The position numbers were made by a program, and so were the translations under genes. The notes beneath the pieces were generated by a model. The model was given only the letters and a program-made list of their open reading frames with translations. It was not told where the DNA came from and did no database searches. 64,000 nucleotides of DNA from the human T2T-CHM13v2.0 reference genome, Homo sapiens. Location of the stretch: the NCBI RefSeq assembly GCF_009914755.1, contig NC_060931.1. One strand, given 5' to 3'. Positions 52,138 through 64,000 of this stretch are shown one piece after another. Numbering within the stretch: the first letter of the stretch is position 1; every line of letters begins with the position of its first letter.

Positions 52138-53299
52138 AAAAAGTATATGTGGAGCCAGATACATTTTTTAACAAATGAAAAAAGGTAGAGAGATTTTTGG
52201 AAAAGTGCAGATTGAGTAGAACATACCCCTCCATGCATCATCTCTTTTTTTTTAATACTTCATTAAAGGAAAGGAAATATTATCATCCACCCCATTCCTA
52301 TGTTGCTTTCTTGATCTACAGAATTTTCATTCTCTGTTGGAGGGATTCCCATCCCCTCAGTCAGGAGTCTCTCTTCCTCTGTATACTTCAGTAGTACATT
52401 CTTTATTATCCAGTTTTCTTACATGATAGTAATTTAGCTGTGTATCTATGTATCTGAGACCAGGACATTCAGTAGGCGCTTCCCATGTACACTCTTTGCT
52501 GAAATGTCACCAGACATTGAAAATTCTACTGAGATTTCCCTCAGTGGAACAGGGGTAATTAAGGCCAAATCTACCACCCTGTGAAATGTATTACTACAGC
52601 TATCATAGGAAACTCCTGATGAGGTAGAGTAACACTGGTTACAATGAGCTGCTTGGGATCTGTGGGGTCACTGCATGAGGTGGAGAAAAAAGAGACCTCA
52701 AGCAAGGATCTTGTACTTCCAAAAACCAAGAACCACATTTTAATTCTTTTAGAGTAAATGCAACCAAACCATACATTTTATATTGATAACTGCCATCCTA
52801 TTAAAGCCTAAAAAGCAAACTGCTCGCTAAGTTAATATGGCCATATATTAACTGTTACCTTTTCCTCGGGGCATTAATAATGCTTATCCTTTAGTACACT
52901 TATATGTGTAATAATGTTTGTATGTTTAGTATTGTTATAGCCCATGGGTCAAATTTGTTCTATTGACATTGATTTATTTTACAGACTCCATTATGAAATT
53001 GAATTAGGTGCCAGTATTTTAAACAAGCGGGATACTTCCTGTGATGCACAGGCAGAGTGAGTGAGTATAGCGGGGAGACTCTCAGAAGGCATGGTGCAAG
53101 GAGTGAGGGCAGAGAGAATGCAGCAGGCATACCATCAGCAAGTGGGAACTCAGCTACGGTGCTAAGCGGGCAGAGATTCTTGGTCAGCAGGCCTCCAGAG
53201 GGGAGAGAAGGGGAAAGTGTAGGTGGGTATGAATCAGCCTACAGCTAGAGAGCTAGAGAGCAGGGGACCCTGGACTGGTGCAGCACAGGAGACAAAGAG

Positions 53300-55370
<2,071 letters not shown>

Positions 55371-55726
55371 GGAACTTTTATTACAATATGAATTTAATCT
55401 TTTCTTGAAAATCTGATGTGGCAATATGGGGCCCACATCCTCCTGAGATTCGTGTGCACTGGAGTTGACAGCTGCTTCTTTAGGTCCCATGAATCCTATA
55501 ATTCAGCACAGTCCTCACCACTCCTTACTGTTTTATACCTTGCCTACTCAGCTTGTTTATGTTCCCTGACACATCTTGGCAAGAATGTGAGTCTGTGGCT
55601 TCTGCCTTCAAGTGTGTTTGTTCTGACAGAGGCAGTGAGGCAGTATGCTTTTTCTAGGTAAGCCTATGAAAGGGGATATATTTTAAATGAAGTTTCAATG
55701 ATGTAATTATGGAATCATTTGCAGTT

Positions 55727-55849
55727 GTGTGTGTGTGTATATATATAGTTGTGTTACTTGTGTGTATATATATATATAGTTGTGTATATATATACACAAT
55801 CTTATATATCATCTATTATATATAATATATAGTTGTGTATATATGTAGT

Positions 55850-55930
<81 letters not shown>
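55727..55930. repeat. Compound (TG)n/(TA)n/(GA)~24 microsatellite
   Basis: Read directly from the sequence. Confidence 0.95.
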
Positions 55931-55934
<4 letters not shown>

Positions 55935-56057
55935 CCTTTGCATCCTGTACTCAGTCTTCCTTCACAGCGACATTTTACAAAATTATTGTACAATGTCACA
56001 ACATAGATGCAACCTACCCATCTTATTCAGCTTCTCCCAGTTTTACCTGTACTCATT

Positions 56058-56062
<5 letters not shown>

Positions 56063-56100
<38 letters not shown>
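56063..56100. repeat. (GT)19 microsatellite
   Basis: Read directly from the sequence. Confidence 0.95.
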
Positions 56101-56102
<2 letters not shown>

Positions 56103-56867
56103 AGTTTTATGCGATTTTACCACATGTGTAGGTTCATGTATCCATCACCACAGTCAGGATACAGAACTTTCCAGTCAGGACAAGAATCCCTTGTATTGAT
56201 TTTTTATAACCACATCGACCCCAAACCCCCATCACTCACTCTTGGCAACCACCAAACTTTACTCCATTTCTGAAATTCTGTCATGCCGAAAGAGTCACAT
56301 AAGTGGAATCCCACAGTATAAAACCTTTTAGAATTGGATTTTTTCACTCAGAATAATTCCCTGGAGATTCAAGCAGGCTTTGGTGTGTGGCCGTAGTTAT
56401 TTTCTTTTCATTGCTTACTAGTATTCCATAGTATGGATATACTACAGTTTGTTTAACTATTCACCCCCTGAAGGACATCTGGGGTGTTGCCAATTTGGAG
56501 CTACTATAAATAAAGCTGCTAAGGGCATTTGTGAACAATTTTTTTGTGAGAACATACATTTTCATTTCTATGGGATAAATGCATAAGAGTGCAGTTTTTG
56601 GGTTGTATGGTATACATGTCTAATTTTTTAAGAAATAGCCAAACTGTTTCCCACAGTGGCTATGAATCATTTCACACAATGTATGAGTGATTCAGTTTCT
56701 CCAAATCCTTGCCAGCATTTAGCATTGTCACTAGTTTTTATTTTAGCCATCCTGAGAGATGGATGGTGATTTCTTGTGTGGTTTTAATTTGCATTTCTCC
56801 GATGGCTAAATAGGTATTAAAAATCTTTTCATATTCTTCTTTGCCATCCACATATCTACTGCAATAA

Positions 56868-57335
<468 letters not shown>

Positions 57336-59977
57336 TAGCTTGTCTTTTCATTCTCTTAACAGCTCTTTTGCAAAGGAAGTTTTTAATTTGGATGAGGTCC
57401 AATTTATCACATTTTCCTCTTTTGTATTGTGCTTTTGGTAGCAAATCTAAGAACTCTTTACCTAACCCTAGATCCCAAAGATTTTCTCCTATTTTTTCCC
57501 AAAAGTTTTAAAGCTTTATGTTTTATATTTAAGTTCTTGATATACTTTCAGTTAATTTTGTATAAGGGTTAGTTTTAGGTCAAAGTTCAGTTTTTTGGCC
57601 TATGGATGCCCAGTTACTATGGCACCGTTTGTTGAAAGGTTATCTTTCTTCCACTGAATTGCTTTTAAACCTTTGTCAAAAACCAGTTGAGCATATTTGT
57701 GTGGGTCTATTTCTTGGTTACCTATTCTGTTCTATTAATCTACATGTCTATCTCTCTGCCAATACAATGTCTTGATTATTTCACCTATGTGGTAGGCCTT
57801 AATATTGAAAAGAATTTTTCCTCCTACTTTGTCTTTGTCATTGTTTTAATTATGATAGGGTCTGTGCATTTCCACGTAAATTTTAGAATAAGTTTATCTA
57901 TGGTCATAAAAAACATGCTGTAGAAATTGCAGGAAATTGCATTAAACCTATTGGTTAATTTGGTGACAACCAACATGTTTACTGTGTTGAGGCTTCAAAT
58001 CCATGAATATAGTACATCTTTCCAAGTATTTAGTTCTTTTTGATTTCAGTATTTTATAATTTTAAGCATATAGATCCTGTACGTGTTTTGTTAAATTTAC
58101 ACATATATATTTCTTTTTCTTTGGAGTGATTATAAAAGTTGTGTTTTTAATTTTTATTTCCACATGTTCATTGTGAGTATATAGAAATGTGATTGATATT
58201 TATGTGTTGATCTTATATCTTGTGACCTCACTGAACTCATTTATCTGTTAGAGTAGTATTTTCGTTGACGTCTTGGGATTTTCTATGTACATAATTATGT
58301 CATCTGCAGACGAAATGAGTGTAATTTCTTTATGAGCTATACGCCTTTTGTTTCCTTTCATTTTCCTTATTGTACTGGCTAGGACTTCCACTTCTACATT
58401 GCATAGCATTAGCGAGAATGGACATCCTTGCCTTGTTTTCAATCTTTGGAGAAAAGCATTCAGTCTGTTACCATTAATTATGATATTAACTGTACGTTAG
58501 GTTTCTTTGTAGATGTTCTTTACCAAAATGAGGTAATTCTCTTCTATTCGTAACTTGCTGGGCATTTTTATTGTGGAGTGGGTGCTGAATTTTGTCACAA
58601 ATTTTTTCTACATCAATTTATATGATCATATGATTTTTTTCCTTACCTTGTTTATATGGTAAATTACATTGATTGATTTTGGAATGTTAAACCAGCCTCG
58701 CATATCCTGAATAAATCCTATTTGGTCAAGGTGTATAATTCTTTTTACACATTGTTAGATTTCATTTGCTGATATTTGAAGGATTCTTACATGTAACTTC
58801 ATGAGACATATTGGTCTGCAGTTTTCTTTTTTTCATACTATTGTTGTCTGGTTTTGGTATCAAGGTAATACAGCCCACATAAAATCAATTGAGAAGTGCT
58901 CCCTCCTCTTCTATTTTCTGAAAAAGATTATGTAAAATTGATATCAACTCTTTAAATGTTAGAATTATCCAGTGAAACTATCAGAGGGTGTGGAGATTTT
59001 TTTTCAGATTTTAAATCACAAATCCACTTTCTTTAATAATTATTAAACTATTCAAATTGTCTATTTCACCTTGATTAAGTTTTAGTGGTTTGTGATTGTA
59101 AAGGAATTGATCCCCTGTGGTTGTCAAATCTGTAAGTATAAAGTTGCTTGTATTATTCCCTTATTATCCTTTAGATGGCTACAGAGGCTATAGTAATATC
59201 CTTTGTTTCATTTCTGATGTGGGTGATTTGTGTCTTTTTTCTTGTTGTCAGTCCTGCTAGAGGTTTATTAATTTTATTGACTTTTTTCCAAAGAATCAGA
59301 CTTTTGTTTCATTTTTTTCTCTATTGTTTTCCATTTTCAGTTTCATTGATTTCTGTTCTTTTTTTATTTCCTTCCTTCTGCTTGCTTTGGGTTTATTTTC
59401 TTCTCTTTCAAGTTTCTTGAGGTAGGAAATTAGATTATTGATTTAAGACCTTTCCTTGTTTCTAATGCAAGCATTTAATGCTATAAATTTCCCTTCCAGC
59501 ATTGCCTCGGCTGCTTCTGGACAAGACACTTTCATTTCCAAGGCTTTGTATTCGCTGAACCTGGTTTTCCAGATAATCAATTTTTTTCCCAGGACCCTAA
59601 GTCCAGAGTTCTAATGCCTTCTATAATTTCCCCTATTACACCAGACTATCTTAAAAGAGCTTCATGAAACTCCTTCTCATTAAGGTGTGAGCAGGGACTT
59701 TCATTTCTTAACAGGGCATCCAGCCTCCCGGCTCTACAACCTTGGAAGAAGCGAGTTCCATCACTACACTCAAAAATCATGCCTGTTAAATATCAGATCA
59801 TCTTAGTTGATTTGATCTATGCAGATCACAGATAATCCAGAAGATGACCACCAAATCTTTATCCATATTTATATCCATATTTATAGACACTAAAGATAGA
59901 CATCAAACATAGGATTAGAAGTTTCAAGGACAAACCAGAGGAAGCACTTGTAAAAACTTGCATGAGTAGATACAATG

Positions 59978-60175
59978 CATTAGTCCTCAATGTGTTGTCC
60001 CTGGATCAGCATCACTGGCATCACTTGGGAACTTGTCAGAAATGCAGATTCTCAGGCCTCACCTCAGACATCACCTGCATTGAAGGCATTGGTACAGCAC
60101 AGGCTGCTGGGTGCGACCTGCTGTACCATCACCTTCCAGGTAACTTCAAGGCAGCTAATGTTTGAAAAACACTGC
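59978..60175. mobile_element. MER5A hAT-Charlie MITE with an altered centre
   Basis: gcatcacttgggaacttgtcagaaatgcagattctcaggcc and ttccaggtaacttc...gtttgaaaaacactg match the MER5A arms. Confidence 0.8.
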
Positions 60176-61605
60176 TCTGGAGGGCACAAAACTTGCCAGC
60201 TTAGGTTCTTATTCAGAATCCAGAAGGTCTAGTAACCTGACAGGATGCTGTGTAGGGCAACTGAGGCTCTCCATACTGCCATTTAGAATTGGATCATTAT
60301 TTAAAACAGATCTGATGGGATCACATTTAATCAAGGCAGTGGCTATCTCACAAGAAGGTCAAGATTAATATTTAATGAAAGGTAGATACATTAATATATT
60401 CACATCATGGTTATCTGTGGCAAAAACAAATGTTCTAAGGTATATGCTAGGCCTATCTGCTCAAGCAAATTGCAAAAAGCTTCTGAAGGTAAGTATAATT
60501 TATCGTAAATTAAAATTTTATCCACACATTAACATATATACTGTGGCAGTATATTTTTATTTTACACTCTTTCTTAAAACTTCTAAAATTTTTCTCTTTA
60601 GTCATTTATATGTACATATACTAGGTTCTTAAAAATGTCACGAAACCGCTTGCAAAAATACATACCATATACAACATCTCTTCCATCCCAGAAATAAAAA
60701 TGTACTCCAGGAATGCACTCAAAGTGATAATTTCTGCCACTAGTTCAGCTTCAAGTTTAGCAAGCATTTGTTAAGTTTACTTGCAAAGCACTAGCTCCCA
60801 TGGAAATAAAAACATAAAAGCAGCAAAACAGGATCGCTGTGTCCAGGAGGTGTGAGTTCAGTCTAAGGAGAGGACGTGGCCCAGCTTTAAACATCTGCTA
60901 GAGCATCCAACTCATGGGAGGCTGGTCTGAATTCTCACCACTGGAGAGGATTTCAGGGTCCCAGGGTCTCTTCTCTTTTTGGTTCATTTTACACAAAAGT
61001 TAGCCTATCACTCAGTCGTGGCCATGGAGGAGCTGCACAACACTGCTATGGTATTTCAATGAGGGAATGGAAGCCTATGGAGATGCTAGAAGGAGAACCA
61101 AGGCTCTCTCTCCTTTATTTGAACTATTGTTCTTAGATGGGACCTGGATGAGGGTGCTCCCACCTGCACTCACTAAAATGTGTCCAAATAGTTGGTTATC
61201 TGGGCTCAACCAGCCCTCAAGGTATCTTCTTTTAATTAGCACACTTGCCACAGGTGCAGCATCTTACTGGGCGAGTTTATTAGCAGGAAGGAGGGAGAGA
61301 AACCAAGGACCTTCTTTCCACAGTGGGACCTTTTTTTCTGCTCATTAACAGATCTGTCAGCAGAAAACTGGTAGAACTGAAAGCAGGTGATGTTCACACC
61401 AGTCAATTTTGCTACTTGTTAACAGCTTTGATAAGAGACCAAAAATAGAACGGGGAAGAAAGGCCCTCTGAGGAGGAAATGAAATCAGATTTTGTTCTTC
61501 CTGCTGGATTTCTAAAATCCTTGCTCTCCTTAGCATGCATTGTCATGGAAAATTCCAAGTTTTTTGTAGAAGAGTTCATTCTATTCCCTGATGTACTACT
61601 CCTAA

Positions 61606-61663
61606 TTCCTTCCTTCCTTCCTTCTTTCTTTCTTTCCTTCCTTCTTTCCTTCTTTCTCTCTTT
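61606..61663. repeat. (TTCC/TTTC)n tract, the decayed poly(A) tail of the 7SL retrocopy
   Basis: Abuts the 3' end of the minus-strand 7SL copy. Confidence 0.8.
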
Positions 61664-61962
61664 CGAAATGAGGTCTCACTGTGTTGCCCAGACTGCAGTG
61701 CAGTGGCTGTTTACAGGCACGATCCCAGCACTGATCAGCATAGGAGTTTTGACCTGCTCCATTTTCAACCTGGGCAGGTTCACCCCTACTTAGGCAACCT
61801 CGTGGTTCCCCGCTACTGGGAGGTCACCATATTGATGCTGAAATTAGTGCAGGAACCCAATTAGCATAGCACACAACAGCCCAGGACTCCTGGGCTCAAG
61901 TGATCCTCCAGCGTCACCCTGCTGAGTAGCTGGAACTACAGGCACGCACCATGGCACCAGGC
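61664..61962 (-). pseudogene. Full-length (299 bp) 7SL/SRP RNA processed pseudogene (RN7SL family)
   Basis: Alu-like ends enclose the S domain that Alus lack (reverse strand: catcaatatggtgacctccc, gttgcctaag, gcccaggttgaaaatggagcaggtcaaaactcc). Many CpG-type substitutions. Confidence 0.93.
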
Positions 61963-64000
61963 TCTCCTTGTTTTAATTAAGTAGTTTATGAAACATGAAC
62001 CACAAAAGCTACAGCAATTGGGAGTCCAATGGACAAAACAAAGTATGTACAGACCCTTTATCGATGCTCTCAGTCTCACACAAACCATGTTGAAGGAAAA
62101 GAAGTTTGAGATCAAAAGGAAAACTTAGAGTTGGAATAAAATAAAGAAAAGCCCCAAGCCAGAGTTCAAACACAGACCTTTCTGCCACTTTTGTTTCCAA
62201 CATGAACAAGCAAGGAATATATCAATAACTATAAGGATCTTATGATTTTATAAAAGGAATCTAAAAGCAAGATAACTGAGCCCCCATAAATGTTTGAATA
62301 ATTCTAGAACATCCTAGAATGGTCTACTTCTTTATTAAGCACTACTTGAGTGTGGTCAGGGGACTATAATACAATGCACAAATCCAAATATGGTTTCATT
62401 TTATACTATCAATAGTATCTTTTGGGATATAAAATATATATACTCGTAGAAAAAATATGGAATCTAGGTTTCCTAGATTAGATAATGCCTTTAGAGTATG
62501 TAGCCTTTAGATAATGCTTTGTCTCTTCAGAGTACTGATTCACCATCACATTAATACTAAGAATAATAGACCTTGCAGATGTAACCATAATCTTGGCAGA
62601 TCCTTCCTTCTAGGTTAATGTTTCTACATAAGTACCACTCCTTTTTCAGCATACCCAACACATGCAAATTGATCACCAATACATATTGGGGGTAAGAGGA
62701 TTCTTCTCTCCGTAGAGCATTAATAAAATCAGTCTTCAGCTACACTTCTCAACCTTTAATATGTTTCAAAAGAAAATTAATAAATCCCTCCCCTTCTCTT
62801 CCTTCTATCCTCCTTCCCTTTCTCCTTGTCTCTCCTAATATACAAACAGGGGTAAGGCACTCTCCTTCCTCACTCCACTATAATGATTATAAACTTTATT
62901 TTTCTAATTAAAAAAGATCAAAATGAGGATAGGAAAATGCTAGATATTTTAGATGCAAAAATATTTTCAAAGTGAACCAAATGGGGTCAAGAGACTCCCT
63001 GAGAAATAACATTCCCTATATTAACAGTCTATTTGCCTTACTCTTATGAAATAGAATTACTTGTTCAAATTTCCCCAAGTTTTGAAGTTTCACACGTTTT
63101 AAAATCTGCTAATATTTCTTGGGAGAACTAAGGTGGTAGTCTGCATGGGTGCTAATATACTATGCCCCATAACATTTGAAGATGAGTATTGTATATAGTG
63201 ACCAAAATAGATAGCAGGACAGCAGTTTAAAGTCACCACATGCTGCTGCTGCTAGTGGCACAAATCATTCTGCCAATGTAGTTGATGATTTAATCAAATT
63301 GCACTTTTCTCTAGTACCTTCAACAAAAAACAATCCTCACCTGGGGCAGTCAAGAAAGCTGGGAAAAAAAAAAAAACAATGAAAATTCACTGTAATCGGA
63401 AAATGCAAAGTGCTTCCTGGCATGACTGCATTACTAAACCTGATGCTTCCAAAGTTAACCTTCTAGGGTGCTAACAACATTAAAGTGCCATAAAAGTGAT
63501 AGAGAAAAACTCCAAGAGCAAAGAATTAATTAGCTCCATGGGGACATGCCAGACAGGAAAACAAGGTTTCTAAGGGTACAGTGTGAATCCTTAGGTAGGG
63601 AAAACTGTAAACATGAATCACTTCTTCAATCTAAATCCAATATTTTAGAGCAGACATTTGGGATTGCCTGCAAAGTCACAGGGCACTGATGGACAAGTTT
63701 GTGTATGGGAAGTTCCTGCAATCCAAGACAATGATCTATTTGAGAGCTACCCACACGCAGGAGATGTGTGAAAAATCACCAAATGAGAACAGAAGTTGAT
63801 GTGAAGACCCTCTTCTCCTAGAGGAGACTAGGAGACTACTTATTCTGTGGGCCCAAGTCCAACATTTCTCTAGGAATTCTCTTTTCTACCTTTATTAAGC
63901 CAAAGCTCTCTGTAATATTTGTTCATTTGGCCATGATCAATTTTTCTCTCCGTTACTGTTTTGTTCTCTAGCTCCCCTCTCCCTTTTCTCATGTTCAGAT

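Overview
AT-rich, repeat-dense primate DNA, most likely human (Alu, L1PA, THE1 and MST elements are present; a great ape cannot be excluded). The whole window lies inside the amphiphysin gene AMPH on the minus strand. It contains five coding exons with GT-AG boundaries (exons 3-7 by my recollection of the gene structure; about aa 51-197 of the N-BAR domain). They join into one open frame identical to the human amphiphysin sequence as I recall it. Exon 2 and exon 8 were not found and should lie outside the window. The rest is intron: a full-length old L1 with its TSD intact and a younger L1PA nested in it, a complete MaLR provirus nested in another complete MaLR provirus, solo LTRs, five Alus, a full-length 7SL retrocopy, L2/MIR/L3 fragments and DNA-transposon fossils. 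Almost all ORFs in the supplied track are repeat-derived or spurious. I found no convincing new biological system. The best leads are a candidate poison microexon or recursive splice site (63318-63380), a candidate L1 3' transduction (50383-50976) and a candidate 68-nt cryptic exon in intron 6. Repeat subfamily names come from remembered consensus sequences, and repeat edges without a TSD are approximate.
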